A DNA stretch of 64,000 bases from Bugula neritina (taxonomy: Eukaryota > Animalia > Bryozoa), in NCBI GenBank assembly GCA_964035545.1, contig CAXIUT010000183.1:558001-622000 (forward strand). The letters are read 5' to 3'. The position numbers were made by a program, and so were the translations under genes. Positions 13,901 to 31,330 of this stretch are shown here, piece after piece; positions within the stretch are counted from its first letter, which is position 1; every line of letters starts with the position of its first letter. A model generated the notes under the pieces. It saw only the letters and a list, made by a program, of their open reading frames with translations, searched no databases and was not told the origin of the DNA.

Positions 13901-16780
13901 ATATACGGTAATATACTGAAATATACTGTAACACATTGAAAAATACTGCAAGATACTGAAATATACTGTGACACATTGCAATATACTGCAACATACTGAA
14001 ATATGCTACAGCACACTGAAATACACTGCAACTCACTGAAATATACTGCAACATATTGAAATACACTGCAACATTCTACAAGATGCTGAAACACACTGTA
14101 ACGTATTGAAATACACTGCAACATATTGAAATACACTGCAACATCCTACAACATGCTAAAATACACTGTAACATATTGAAATACAGTACAACACATTGAA
14201 ATATACTGCAACATACCGGAATATATGGTAAAGTACTGAAATATGCTGTAACACACTGAAAAATACTGCAACATACTGAAATATACTGCGACACATTGCA
14301 ATATACTGCAACATACCAAAATATATGGTTAACTATTGAAATACACTGCAACACATTGAAATATACTGCAACATACCTAAATATCCGGTAATATACTGAA
14401 ATATACTGTAACGCATTGCAAAAGACTGCAACATACTGAAATATACTGCGACACATTGCAATATACTGTAACATACTGAAATATGCTCTAGCACACTGAA
14501 ATACACTGCAACTCACTGAAATATACTGCAACATACTGAAATACACTGCAACACATTGAAATATACTGCAACCTACAGAAATAGGTGGTAAACTACTGAA
14601 ATATACTGTAACACATTGAAAAATACTGCAACATACTGAAATATACTGCGACACATTGTAATATACTGTAACATACTGAAACATACTGCAGCACACTGAA
14701 ATAGACTGCAGCTCACTTAAATATACTGCATTATACTGAAATTCACTGCAGCATCCTACAACATGCTGAAATACACTGTAACATATTGAAATACACTGCA
14801 ACAAACTACAACATATTGAAATACACTGCAACGCATTGAAAGACACTGCAACACATTGAAATATACTGCAATATACCAATATATATGGTAAACTGCTGAA
14901 ATATACTTTAACACATTGAAAAATACTGCAACATACTGAAATATACTGTAACACACTGAAATATACTGCAACGTACTGAAATACACTGCTAGATACTGAA
15001 ATATACTGCAACATACTACAACAATCTGAAATACACTGTAACATACTGAAATACACTGCAACAAACTACAACATATTGAAATACACTGCAACACATTGAA
15101 ATATACTGCAACATACCTAAATATACGGTAATATAAGGAAAAAAAACTGTGACAGATTGAAAAATTCCGCAACATACTGAAATAAACTGCAACACACTGA
15201 AATACACCGCAAAATACTACAACATACTGAAATACACTGTAACATATTGAAATACACTGCAACACTTTGAAATATACTGCAACATACCGAAATATATGGT
15301 AAACTACTAAAATATACTGTAACACTTTGAAAAACAGTGCAACATACTGAAATATACTGCGACACTTTGCAATGTACTGTAACATACTGAAATATGCTGT
15401 AGCACACTGAAATACACTGCAACTCACTGAAATATACTGCAACATATTGAAATACACTGCAACATCCTACAACATGCTAAAATACACTGTAACATATTGA
15501 AATACAGTACAACACATTGAAATATACTGCAACATACCGGAATATATGGTAAAGTACTGAAACATACTGTAACACACTGAAAAATACTGCAACATACTGA
15601 AATATACTGCGACACATTGCAATATACTGCAACATACCAAAATATATGGTAAACTATTGAAATACACTGCAACACATTGAAATATACTGCAACATACCTA
15701 AATATCCGATAATATACTGAAATATACTGTAACACATTGAAAAATACTGCAACATACTGAAATACACTGCAACCCACTGAAATACATCGCAAAATACTAC
15801 AACATACTGAAATACACTGAAACATACTGAAATAAACTGCAACATACCAAAATATATGGTAAACTACTGAAATATACTGTAACACACTGAAAAATACTGC
15901 AACATACTGAAATATACTGCGACACATTGCAATATACTGCAACATACCAAAATATACGGTAAACTACTGAAATATACTTTAACACATTGAAAATTACTGC
16001 AACATACTGAAATATACTGTAACACACTGAATAATACTGCAACAAACTGAAATACACTGTAACATATTGAAATAAACTGCAACATACCAAAATATATGGT
16101 AAACTACTGAAATATACTTTAACGCATTGAAAAATACTGCAACATACTGAAATATACTGTAACAAACTGAAATATACTGCAACATACTGAAATACACTGT
16201 AACATACTGAAATAAACTGCAACATACTGAAGTACACTGCAACATCCTACAACATACTGAAATACAATGTAACATATTGAAACACACTGCAACACATTGA
16301 AATATACTGCAATGTACCGAATTATATGGTGGACTACTGAAATATACTGTAACACATTGAAAAATACTGCAAGATACTGAAATATACTGCGACACATTGC
16401 AATATACTGTAACATACTGAAATATGCTACAGCACACTGAAATACACTGCAACTCACTGAAATATATACCACAACATATTGAAATACACTGCAACATTCT
16501 ACAACATGCTGAAACACACAGTAACGTATTGAAATACACTGCAACACATTGAAATATACAGCAACATACCGAAATATATGGTAAACTACTGAAATAGACT
16601 GTAACACATTGCAAAAGACTGCAACATACTAAAATATACTGCGACACATTGCAATATACTGTAACATACTGAAATATGCTCTAGCACACTGAAATACACT
16701 GCAACTCACTGAAATATACTGCAACATACTGAAATACACTGCAACACATTGAAATATACTGCAACCTACAGAAATAGGTG

Positions 16781-17380
16781 GTAAACTACTGAAATATACT
16801 GTAACACATTGAAAAATACTGCAACATAATGAAATATACTGCGACACATTGTAATATACTGTAACATACTGAAACATACTGCAGCACACTGAAATAGACT
16901 GCAGCTCACTGAAATATACTGCATTATACTGAAATTCACTGCAGCATCCTACAACATGCTGAAATACACTGTAACATAATGAAATACACTGCAACAAACT
17001 ACAACATATTGAAATACACTGCAAGACATTGAAAGACACTGCAACACATTGAAATATACTGCAACCTATAGAAATATATGGTAAACTACTGAAATATACT
17101 GTAACACATTGAAAAATACTGCAACATACTGAAACATACTGCGACACATTGCAATATACTGTAACATACTGAAACATACTGCAGCACACTGAAATAGACT
17201 GCAGCTCACTGAAATATACTGCATTATACTGAAATTCACTGCAGCATCCTACAACATGCTGAAATACACTGTAACATAATGAAATACACTGCAACAAACT
17301 ACAACATATTGAAATACACTGCAAGGCATTGAAAGACACTGCAACACATTGAAATATACTGCAATATACTAATATATATG
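16781..17380. repeat. 300-bp tandem duplication (30 monomers)
   Basis: 16861-17020 equals 17161-17320, including the GCAGCACACT/GAAATAGACT/GCAGCTCACT/GCATTATACT/GAAATTCACT block. It explains the 6997 to 7297 offset step. Confidence 0.85.
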
Positions 17381-20300
17381 GTAAACTGCTGAAATATACT
17401 TTAACACATTGAAAAATACTGCAATATACTGTAACACACTGAAATATACTGCAACATACTGAAATACACTGCTAGATACTGAAATATACTGCAACATACT
17501 GCAACAATCTGAAATACACTGTAACATACTGAAATACACTGCAACAAACTACAACATATTGAAATACACTGCAACACATTGAAATATACCGCAACATACC
17601 TAAATATACGGTAATATACCGAAAAAAAAACTGTAACAGATTGAAAAATTCTGCAACATACTGAAATAAACTGCAACACACTGAAATACACCGCAAAATA
17701 CTACAACATACTGAAATACACTGTAACATATTGAAATACACTGCAACACTTTGAAATATACTGCAACATACCGAAATATATGTTAAACTACTAAAATATA
17801 CTGTAACACTTTGAAAAACAGTGCAACATATTGAAATATACTGCGACATTTTGCAATGTACTGTAACATACTGAAATATGCTGTAGCACACTGAAATACA
17901 CTGCAACTCACTGAAATATACTGCAACATATTGAAATACACTGCAACATCCTACAACATGCTAAAATACACTGTAACATATTGAAATACAGTACAACACA
18001 TTGAAATATACTGCAACATACCGGAATATATGGTAAAGTACTGAAAAATACTGTAACACACTGAAAAATACTGCAACATACTGAAATATACTGCGACACA
18101 TTGCAATATACTGCAACATACCAAAATATATGGTAAACTACTGAAATATACTTTAACACATTGAAAAATACTGCAACATACTGAAATATACTGTAACACA
18201 CTGAAATATACTGCAACATACTGAAATACACTGTAACATACTGAAATAAACTGCAACATACCAAAATATATGGTAAACTACTGAAATATACTTTAACACA
18301 TTGAAAAATCCTGCAACATACTAAAATATACTGTAACACACTGCAAGATACTGCAACATACCGAAATACACTGTAACATAGTGAAACACACTGCAACATA
18401 CTGCATTATACTGACATACACTGGAACATATTGAAATACACTGCAACATCCTACAACATGCTGAAATACGCTGTAACATATTGAAATACACTGCAACACA
18501 TTGAAAAATACTGCAACATACCGAAATATATGGTAAACTATTGAATTATACTGTAACACATTGAAAAATACTGAAACAAACTGAAATATACTCTGACACA
18601 ATGCAAAATACTGTAACATACTGAAATAAGCTGTAGCACACTGAAATACACTGCAACTCACTGAAATATACTGCAACATACTGAAATACACTGTAACATA
18701 CTGAAATACATTGCAAAATACTGCAACATATTGAAATACACTGCAACACATTGAAATATACTGCAACATACCTAAATATACGGTAATATACCGAAAGAAA
18801 ACTGTAACAGATTGAAAAATTCTGCAACATACTGAAATAAACTGCAACACACTGAAATACACCGCAAAATACTACAACATGCTGAAATACACTGTAACAT
18901 ATTGAAATACACTGCAACACTTTGAAATATACTGCAACATACCGAAATATATGTTAAACTACTAAAATATACTGTAACACTTTGAAAAACAGTGCAACAT
19001 ACTGAAATATACTGCGACACTTTGCAATGTACTGTAACATACTGAAATATGCTACAGCACACTGAAATACACTGCAACCCACTGAAATATACTGCAACAT
19101 ATTGAAATACACTGCAACATTCTACAAGATGCTGAAACACACTGTAACGTATTGAAATACACTGCAACACATTGAAATAAACAGCAACATACCGAAATAT
19201 ATGGAAAACTACTGAAATATACTGTAACGCATTAAAAAATACTGCATCATACTGAAATATACTGCGACATAATGCAATATTCTGTAACATACTGAGATAT
19301 GCTGTAGCACACTGAAATACACTAGAACTCACTGAAACATACTGCAACATACTGAAATACACTGTAACATCCTACAACATACTGAAATACACAGTAACAT
19401 ATTGAAATACACTGCAACACATTGAAATATACTGCAACATACCTAAATATACGGTAATATATTGAAATATACTGTATCACATTGAAAAATACTGCAAGAT
19501 ACTGAAATATACTGTGACACATTGCAATATACTGTAACATACTGAAATATGCTCAAGCACACTGAAACACACTGCACCTCACTGAAACATACTGCAACAT
19601 ACTGAAATACACTGCAACATCCTACAACATACTCAAATACACTGCAACATATTGAAAGACACTGCAAGACAATGAAATATACTGCAACATACTGAAATAT
19701 ACTGTAACACACTGAAATATACTGCAACATACTGAAATACACTGCTACATACTGAAATATACTGCAACATACTGCAACATACTGAAATACACTGTAACAT
19801 ACTGAAATACACTGCAACAAACTACAACATATTGAAATACACTGCAACACATTGAAATATACTGCAACATACCTAAATATACGGTAATATAGCGGAAAAA
19901 AACTGTAACAGATTGACAAATCCTGCAACATACTGAAATATACTGCGACGCATTGCAATATACTGTAACATACTGAAATATGCTCTAGCACACTGAAATA
20001 CACTGCAACCCACTGAAATATACTGCAACATACGGAAATACACTGCAACACATTGAAATACACTGCAACATACCAAAATAAATGGTAAACTACTGAAATA
20101 TACTTTAACACATTGAAAAATACTGCAACATACTGAAATATACTGTAACACACTGAAATATACTGCAACATACTGAAATACACTGTAACATATTGAAATA
20201 CACTGCAACAAACTACAACATATCGAAATACACTGCAACGCATTGAAAGACACTGCAACACATTGAAATATACTGCAATATACCAATATATATGGTAAAC

Positions 20301-20619
20301 TACTGAAATATACTGTAACACATTGAAAAATACTGCAACATACTGAAACATACTGCGACACATTGCAATATACTGTAACATACTGCAACATGCTGTAGCA
20401 CACTGAATTAGACTGCAGCTCACTGAAATATACTGCAACATACTGAAATTCACTGCAGCATCCTACAACATGCTGAAATACACTGTAACATATTGAAATA
20501 CACTGCAACACATTGAAATATACTGCAACATACCGCAATATATGGTAAACTACTGAAATATACTGTAACACATTGAAAAATACTGCATCATACTGAAATA
20601 TACTGCGACATAATGCAAT

Positions 20620-23600
20620 ATTCTGTAACATACTGAGATATGCTGTAGCACACTGAAATACACTACAACTCACTGAAACATACTGCAACATACTGAAATA
20701 CACTGTAACATCCTACAACATACAGAAATACACAGTAACATATTGAAATACACTGCAACACATTGAAATATACTGCAACATACCTAAATATACGGTAATA
20801 TACTGAAATATACTGTAACACATTGAAAAATACTGCAAGATACTGAAATATACTGTGACACATTGCAATATACTGCAACATACTGAAATATGCTACAGCA
20901 CACTGAAATACACTGCAACTCACTGAAATATACTGCAACATATTGAAATACACTGCAACATTCTACAAGATGCTGAAACACACTGTAACGTATTGAAATA
21001 CACTGCAACATATTGAAATACACTGCAACATCCTACAACATGCTAAAATACACTGTAACATATTGAAATACAGTACAACACATTGAAATATACTGCAACA
21101 TACCGGAATATATGGTAAAGTACTGAAATATACTGTAACACACTGAAAAATACTGCAACATACTGAAATATACTGCGACACATTGCAATATACTGCAACA
21201 TACCAAAATATATGGTTAACTATTGAAATACACTGCAACACATTGAAATATACTGCAACATACCTAAATATCCGGTAATATACTGAAATATACTGTAACA
21301 CATTGCAAAAGACTGCAACATACTGAAATATACTGCGACACATTGCAATATACTGTAACATACTGAAATATGCTCTAGCACACTGAAATACACTGCAACT
21401 CACTGAAATATACTGCAACATACTGAAATACACTGCAACACATTGAAATATACTGCAACCTACAGAAATAGGTGGTAAACTACTGAAATATACTGTAACA
21501 CATTGAAAAATACTGCAACATACTGAAATATACTGCGACACATTGTAATATACTGTAACATACTGAAACATACTGCAGCACACTGAAATAGACTGCAGCT
21601 CACTTAAATATACTGCATTATACTGAAATTCACTGCAGCATCCTACAACATGCTGAAATACACTGTAACATATTGAAATACACTGCAACAAACTACAACA
21701 TATTGAAATACACTGCAACGCATTGAAAGACACTGCAACACATTGAAATATACTGCAATATACCAATATATATGGTAAACTGCTGAAATATACTTTAACA
21801 CATTGAAAAATACTGCAACATACTGAAATATACTGTAACACACTGAAATATACTGCAACGTACTGAAATACACTGCTAGATACTGAAATATACTGCAACA
21901 TACTACAACAATCTGAAATACACTGTAACATACTGAAATACACTGCAACAAACTACAACATATTGAAATACACTGCAACACATTGAAATATACTGCAACA
22001 TACCTAAATATACGGTAATATAAGGAAAAAAAACTGTGACAGATTGAAAAATTCCGCAACATACTGAAATAAACTGCAACACACTGAAATACACCGCAAA
22101 ATACTACAACATACTGAAATACACTGTGACATATTGAAATACACTGCAACACTTTGAAATATACTGCAACATACCGAAATATATGGTAAACTACTAAAAT
22201 ATACTGTAACACTTTGAAAAACAGTGCAACATACTGAAATATACTGCGACACTTTGCAATGTACTGTAACATACTGAAATATGCTGTAGCACACTGAAAT
22301 ACACTGCAACTCACTGAAATATACTGCAACATATTGAAATACACTGCAACATCTTACAACATGCTAAAATACACTGTAACATATTGAAATACAGTACAAC
22401 ACATTGAAATATACTGCAACATACCGGAATATATGGTAAAGTACTGAAACATACTGTAACACACTGAAAAATACTGCAACATACTGAAATATACTGCGAC
22501 ACATTGCAATATACTGCAACATACCAAAATATATGGTAAACTATTGAAATACACTGCAACACATTGAAATATACTGCAACATACCTAAATATCCGATAAT
22601 ATACTGAAATATACTGTAACACATTGAAAAATACTGCAACATACTGAAATACACTGCAACCCACTGAAATACATCGCAAAAAACTACAACATACTGAAAT
22701 ATACTGTAACACACTGAAATATACTGCAACATACTGAAATACACTGAAACATACTGAAATAAACTGCAACATACCAAAATATATGGTAAACTACTGAAAT
22801 ATACTGTAACACACTGAAAAATACTGCAACATACTGAAATATACTGCGACACATTGCAATATACTGCAACATACCAAAATATACGGTAAACTACTGAAAT
22901 ATACTTTAACACATTGAAAATTACTGCAACATACTGAAATATACTGTAACACACTGAAATATACTGCAACAAACTGAAATACACTGTAACATATTGAAAT
23001 AAACTGCAACATACCAAAATATATGGTAAACTACTGAAATATACTTTAACGCATTGAAAAATACTGCAACATACTGAAATATACTGTAACAAACTGAAAT
23101 ATACTGCAACATACTGAAATACACTGTAACATACTGAAATAAACTGCAACATACTGAAGTACACTGCAACATCCTACAACATACTGAAATACAATGTAAC
23201 ATATTGAAACACACTGCAACACATTGAAATATACTGCAATGTACCGAATTATATGGTGGACTACTGAAATATACTGTAACACATTGAAAAATACTGCAAG
23301 ATACTGAAATATACTGCGACACATTGCAATATACTGTAACATACTGAAATATGCTACAGCACACTGAAATACACTGCAACTCACTGAAATATATACCACA
23401 ACATATTGAAATACACTGCAACATTCTACAACATGCTGAAACACACAGTAACGTATTGAAATACACTGCAACACATTGAAATATACAGCAACATACCGAA
23501 ATATATGGTAAACTACTGAAATAGACTGTAACACATTGCAAAAGACTGCAACATACTGAAATATACTGCGACACATTGCAATATACTGTAACATACTGAA

Positions 23601-26310
23601 ATATGCTCTAGCACACTGAAATACACTGCAACTCACTGAAATATACTGCAACATACTGGAATACACTGCAACACATTGAAATATACTGCAACCTACAGAA
23701 ATAGGTGGTAAACTACTGAAATATACTGTAACACATTGAAAAATACTGCAACATAATGAAATATACTGCGACACATTGTAATATACTGTAACATACTGAA
23801 ACATACTGCAGCACACTGAAATAGACTGCAGCTCACTGAAATATACTGCATTATACTGAAATTCACTGCAGCATCCTACAACATGCTGAAATACACTGTA
23901 ACATAATGAAATACACTGCAACAAACTACAACATATTGAAATACACTGCAAGGCATTGAAAGACACTGCAACACATTGAAATATACTGCAACCTATAGAA
24001 ATATATGGTAAACTACTGAAATATACTGTAACACATTGAAAAATACTGCAACATACTGAAACATACTGCGACACATTGCAATATACTGTAACATACTGAG
24101 ATATGCTGTAGCACACTGAAATACACTACAACTCACTGAAACATACTGCAACATACTGAAATACACTGTAACATCCTACAACATACAGAAATACACAGTA
24201 ACATATTGAAATACACTGCAACACATTGAAATATACTGCAACATACCTAAATATACGGTAATATACTGAAATATACTGTAACACATTGAAAAATACTGCA
24301 AGATACTGAAATATACTGTGACACATTGCAATATACTGCAACATACTGAAATATGCTACAGCACACTGAAATACACTGCAACTCACTGAAATATACTGCA
24401 ACATATTGAAATACACTGCAACATTCTACAAGATGCTGAAACACACTGTAACGTATTGAAATACACTGCAACATATTGAAATACACTGCAACATCCTACA
24501 ACATGCTAAAATACACTGTAACATATTGAAATACAGTACAACACATTGAAATATACTGCAACATACCGGAATATATGGTAAAGTACTGAAATATACTGTA
24601 ACACACTGAAAAATACTGCAACATACTGAAATATACTGCGACACATTGCAATATACTGCAACATACCAAAATATATGGTAAACTATTGAAATACACTGCA
24701 ACACATTGAAATATACTGCAACATACCTAAATATCCGGTAATATACTGAAATATACTGTAACACATTGCAAAAGACTGCAACATACTGAAATATACTGCG
24801 ACACATTGCAATATACTGTAACATACTGAAACATACTGCAGCACACTGAAATAGACTGCAGCTCACTTAAATATACTGCATTATACTGAAATTCACTGCA
24901 GCATCCTACAACATGCTGAAATACACTGTAACATATTGAAATACACTGCAACAAACTACAACATATTGAAATACACTGCAACGCATTGAAAGACACTGCA
25001 ACACATTGAAATATATTGCAATATACCAATATATATGGTAAACTGCTGAAATATACTTTAACACATTGAAAAATACTGCAACATACTGAAATATACTGTA
25101 ACACACTGAAATATACTGCAACGTACTGAAATACACTGCTAGATACTGAAATATACTGCAACATACTACAACAATCTGAAATACACTGTAACATACTGAA
25201 ATACACTGCAACAAACTACAACATATTGAAATACACTGCAACACATTGAAATATACTGCAACATACCTAAATATACGGTAATATAAGGAAAAAAAACTGT
25301 GACAGATTGAAAAATTCCGCAACATACTGAAATAAACTGCAACACACTGAAATACACCGCAAAATACTACAACATACTGAAATACACTGTAACATATTGA
25401 AATACACTGCAACACTTTGAAATATACTGCAACATACCGAAATATATGGTAAACTACTAAAATATACTGTAACACTTTGAAAAACAGTGCAACATACTGA
25501 AATATACTGCGACACTTTGCAATGTACTGTAACATACTGAAATATGCTGTAGCACACTGAAATACACTGCAACTCACTGAAATATACTGCAACATATTGA
25601 AATACACTGCAACATCCTACAACATGCTAAAATACACTGTAACATATTGAAATACAGTACAACACATTGAAATATACTGCAACATACCGGAATATATGGT
25701 AAAGTACTGAAACATACTGTAACACACTGAAAAATACTGCAACATACTGAAATATACTGCGACACATTGCAATATACTGCAACATACCAAAATATATGGT
25801 AAACTATTGAAATACACTGCAACACATTGAAATATACTGCAACATACCTAAATATCCGGTAATATACTGAAATATACTGTAACACATTGAAAAATACTGC
25901 AACATACTGAAATACACTGCAACCCACTGAAATACATCGCAAAAAACTACAACATACTGAAATATACTGTAACACACTGAAATATACTGCAACATACTGA
26001 AATACACTGAAACATACTGAAATAAACTGCAACATACCAAAATATATGGTAAACTACTGAAATATACTGTAACACACTGAAAAATACTGCAACATACTGA
26101 AATATACTGCGACACATTGCAATATACTGCAACATACCAAAATATACGGTAAACTACTGAAATATACTTTAACACATTGAAAATTACTGCAACATACTGA
26201 AATATACTGTAACACACTGAAATATACTGCAACAAACTGAAATACACTGTAACATATTGAAATAAACTGCAACATACCAAAATATATGGTAAACTACTGA
26301 AATATACTTT
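20620..26310. repeat. Block duplication ~20620-23045 vs ~24085-26310 (offset 3463, then 3263 after a 200-bp deletion)
   Basis: ORF pairs 20663..20953/24126..24416, 21643..22344/24906..25607 and 22791..23012/26054..26275. Shared TAAGG-A8 and CATCGCAAAAAACTAC variants. Confidence 0.85.
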
Positions 26311-26369
26311 AACACATTGAAAAATACTGCAACATACTAAAATATACCGTAACACACTGCAAGATACTG

Positions 26370-29300
26370 CAACATACCGAAATACACTGTAACATACTGA
26401 AACACACTGCAACATACTGCATTATACTGACATACACTGGAACATATTGAAATACACTGCAACACAATGAAATATACTGCAACATACCAAAATATATGGT
26501 AAACTACTGAAATATACTTTAACACATTGAAAAATACTGCAACATACTGAAATATACTGTAACACACTGAAATATACTGCAACATACTGAAATACACTGT
26601 AACATACTGAAATAAACTGTAACATACTGAAATACACTGCAACATCCTACAACATACTGAATTACACTGTAACATTGTGAAATACACTGCAACACATTGA
26701 AAATTACTGCAACATACCGAAGTATACGGTAAACTTTTGAATTATACTGTAACACATTGAAAAATACTGAAACACACTGAAATATACTCTGACACAATGC
26801 AATATACTGTAACATACTGAAATATGCTGTAGCACACTGAAATACACTGCAACTCACTGAAATATACTACAACATACTGAAAAACACTGTAACATATTGA
26901 AACATACTGCAACATACTACAACATATTGAAAGACACTGCAACACATTGAAATATACTGCAACATACCTAAATATCCGGTAATATACTGAAATATACTGT
27001 AACACATTGAAAAATACTACAACATACTGAAATACACTGTAACATACTGAAATACACTGCAACAAACTACAACACATTGAAATACACTGCAACACATTGA
27101 AATATACTGCAACATACCTAAATATACGGTAATATACCGAAAAAAAAACTGTAACAGATTGAAAAATTCTGCAACATACTGAAATAAACGGCAACACACT
27201 GAAATACAGCGGAAAATACTACAACATACTGAAATACACTGTAACATATTGAAATACACTGCAACACTTTGAAATATACTGCAACATACCGAAATATATG
27301 GTAAACTACTAAAATATACTGTAACACTTTGAAAAATAGTGCAACACACTGAAATATACTCTGACACATTGCAATATACTGTAACATACTGAAATATGCT
27401 GTAGCACACTGAAATACATTGCAACTCACTGAAATATACTGCAACATACTGAAATACACTGTAACATCCTACAACATACTGAAATACACAGTAACATATT
27501 GAAATACACTGCAACACATTGAAATATACTGCAACATACCTAAATGTACGGTAATATACTGAAAAATACTGTAACACATTGAAAAATACTGCAAGATACT
27601 GAAATATACTGTGACACATTGCAATATACTGTAACATACTGAAATATGCTCAAGCACACTGAAACACACTGCACCTCACTGAAACATACTGCAACATACT
27701 GAAATACACTGCAACATCCTACAACATACTGAAATACACTGCAACATATTGAAAGACACTGCAAGACAATGAAATACACTGCAACATACTGAAATATACC
27801 GTAACACACTGAAATATACTGCAACATACTGAAATACACTGCTACATAATGAAATATACTGCAACATACTGCAACATACTGAAAAACACTGTAACATATT
27901 GAAACATACTGCAACATACTACAACATATTGAAAGACACTGCAACACATTGAAATATACTGCAACATACCTAAATATCCGGTAATATACTGAAATATACT
28001 GTAACACATTGAAAAATACTACAACATACTGAAATACACTGTAACATATTGAAATACACTGCAACACATTGAAATATACTGCAACCTATAGAAATATATG
28101 GTAAACTACTGAAATATACTGTAACACATTGAAAAATACTGCAACATACTGAAACATACTGCGACACATTGCAATATACAGTAACATACTGAAACATGCT
28201 GTAGCACACTGAAATAGACTGCAGCTCACTGAAATATACTGCAACATACTGAAATACACTGCTACATACTGAAATATACTGCAACATACTGCAACATACT
28301 GAAATACACTGTAACATACTGAAATACACTACAACAAACTACAACATATTGAAATACACTGCAACCCATTGAAATATACTGCAACATACCTAAATATACG
28401 ATAATATACCGAAAAAAAAACTGTAACAGATTGAAAAATTCTGCAACATACTGAAATAAACTGCAACACACTGAAATACAGCGCAAAATACTACAACATA
28501 CTGAAATACACTGTAACATATTGAAATACACTGCAACACTTTGAAATATACTGCAACATACCGAAATATATGGTAAACTACTAAAATATACTGTAACACT
28601 TTGAAAAATAGTGCAACACACTGAAATATACTCTGACACATTGCAATATACTGTAACATACTGAAATATGCTGTAGCACACTGAAATACATTGCAACTCA
28701 CTGAAATATACTGCAACATACTGAAATACACTGTAACATATTGAAAAATACTGCAACATACTGCAACATACTGAAATACACTGCAACATATTGAAAGACA
28801 CTGCAAGACAATGAAATATACTGCAACATACTGAAATATACTGTAACACACTGAAATATACTGCAACATACTGAAATACACTGCTACATACTGAAATATA
28901 CTGCAACATACTGCAACATACTGAAATACACTGTAACATACTGAAATACACTGCAACAAACTACAACATATTGAAATACACTGCAACACATTGAAATATA
29001 CTGCAACATACCTAAATATACGGTAATATAGCGGAAAAAAACTGTAACAGATTGACAAATTCTGCAACATACTGAAATATACTGCGACACATTGCAATAT
29101 ACTGTAACATACTGAAATATGCTCTAGCACACTGAAATACACTGCAACCCACTGAAATATACTGCAACATACGGAAATACACTGCAACACATTGAAATAC
29201 ACTGCAACATACCAAAATAAATGGTAAACTACTGAAATATACTTTAACACATTGAAAAACACTGCAACATACTGAAATATACTGTAACACACTGAAATAT

Positions 29301-31330
29301 ACTGCAACATACTGAAATACACTGTAACATATTGAAACACACTGCAACAAACTACAACATATTGAAATACACTGCAACGCATTGAAAGACACTGCAACAC
29401 ATTGAAATATACTGCAATATACCAATATATATGGTAAACTGCTGAAATATACTTTAACACATTGAAAAATACTGCAACATACTGAAATATACTGTAACAC
29501 ACTGAAATATACTGCAACATACTGCAACAATCTGAAATACACCGTAACATACTGAAATACACTGCAACAAACTACAACATATTGAAATACACTGCAACAC
29601 ATTGAAATATACTGCAACATACCTAAATATACGGTAATATACCGAAAAAAAAACTGTAACAGATTGAAAAATTCTGCAACATACTGAAATAAACTGCAAC
29701 ACACTGAAATACACCGCAAAATACTACAACATACTGAAATACACTGTAACATATTGAAATACACTGCAACACTTTGAAATATACTGCAACATACCGAAAT
29801 ATATGTTAAACTACTAAAATATACTGTAACACTTTGAAAAACAGTGCAACATACTGAAATATACTGCGACACTTTGCAATGTACTGTAACATACTGAAAT
29901 ATGCTGTAGCACACTGAAATACACTGCAACTCACTGAAATATACTGCAACATATTGAAATACACTGCAACATCCTACAACATGCTAAAATACACGGTAAC
30001 ATATTGAAATACAGTACAACACGTTGAAATATACTGCAACATACCGGAATATATGGTAAAGTACTGAAATATACTGTAACACACTGAAAAATACTGCAAC
30101 ATACTGAAATATACTGCGACACATTGCAATATACTGCAACATACCAAAATATATGGTAAACTACTGAAATATACTTTAACACATTGAAAAATACTGCAAC
30201 ATAATGAAATATACTGTAACACACTGAAATATACTGCAACATACCGAAATACACTGTAACATACTGAAACACACTGCAACATACTGCATTATACTGACAT
30301 ACACTGGAACATATTGAAATACACTGCAACACAATGAAATATACTGCAACATACCAAAATATATGGTAAACTACTGAAATATACTTTAACACATTGAAAA
30401 ATACTGCAACATACTGAAATATACTGTAACACACTGAAATATACTGCAAAATACTGAAATACACTGTAACATACTGAAATAAACTGTAACATACTGATAT
30501 ACACTGCAACATCCTACAACATACTGAATTACACTGTAACATTGTGAAATACACTGCAACACATTGAAAAATACTGCAACATACCGAAGTATACGGTAAA
30601 CTATTGAATTATACTGTAACACATTGAAAAATACTGAAACACACTGAAATATACTCTGACACAATGCAATATACTGTAACATACTGAAATATGCTGTAGC
30701 ACACTGAAATACACTGCAACTCACTGAAATATACTACAACATACTGAAAAACACTGTAACATATTGAAACATACTGCAACATACTACAACATATTGAAAG
30801 ACACTGCAACACATTGAAATATACTGCAACATACCTAAATATCCGGTAATATACTGAAATATACTGTAACACATTGAAAAATACTACAACATACTGAAAT
30901 ACACTGTAACATACTGAAATACACTGCAACAAACTACAACACATTGAAATACACTGCAACACATTGAAATATACTGCAACATACCTAAATATACGGTAAT
31001 ATACCGAAAAAAAAACTGTAACAGATTGAAAAATTCTGCAACATACTGAAATAAACGGCAACACACTGAAATACAGCGGAAAATACTACAACATACTGAA
31101 ATACACTGTAACATATTGAAATACACTGCAACACTTTGAAATATACTGCAACATACCGAAATATATGGTAAACTACTAAAATATACTGTAACACTTTGAA
31201 AAATAGTGCAACACACTGAAATATACTCTGACACATTGCAATATACTGTAACATACTGAAATATGCTGTAGCACACTGAAATACATTGCAACTCACTGAA
31301 ATATACTGCAACATACTGAAATACACTGTA
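26370..31330. repeat. Block duplication ~26370-27460 vs ~30240-31330 (offset 3867)
   Basis: ORF pairs 26519..26857/30386..30724 and 26742..27197/30609..31064. Shared CATTGTGAAA, TACCGAAGTATACGG, AAACGGCAAC and TACAGCGGAA variants. Confidence 0.85.

Larger units (their letters stand above)
9120..24100. repeat. ~7-kb tandem higher-order block: copy 1 ~9120-16120, copy 2 ~16120-23050, partial copy 3 ~23050-24100
   Basis: ORF-track offsets of 7297 (10611/17908), 6887 (12556/19443; 14076/20963) and 6927 (15994/22921). Private markers ATATACCACAAC (~9467, ~16464, ~23391) and GAAAGAAAA (~11906, ~18793). Confidence 0.9.

Noticed and set aside
16861-16960. Cluster of CTGCAG (PstI) palindromes as a regulatory element
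   Set aside because: These are single A>G variants of CTGCAA in neighbouring monomers of one unit subtype. They are useful as a restriction marker but show no evidence of function.
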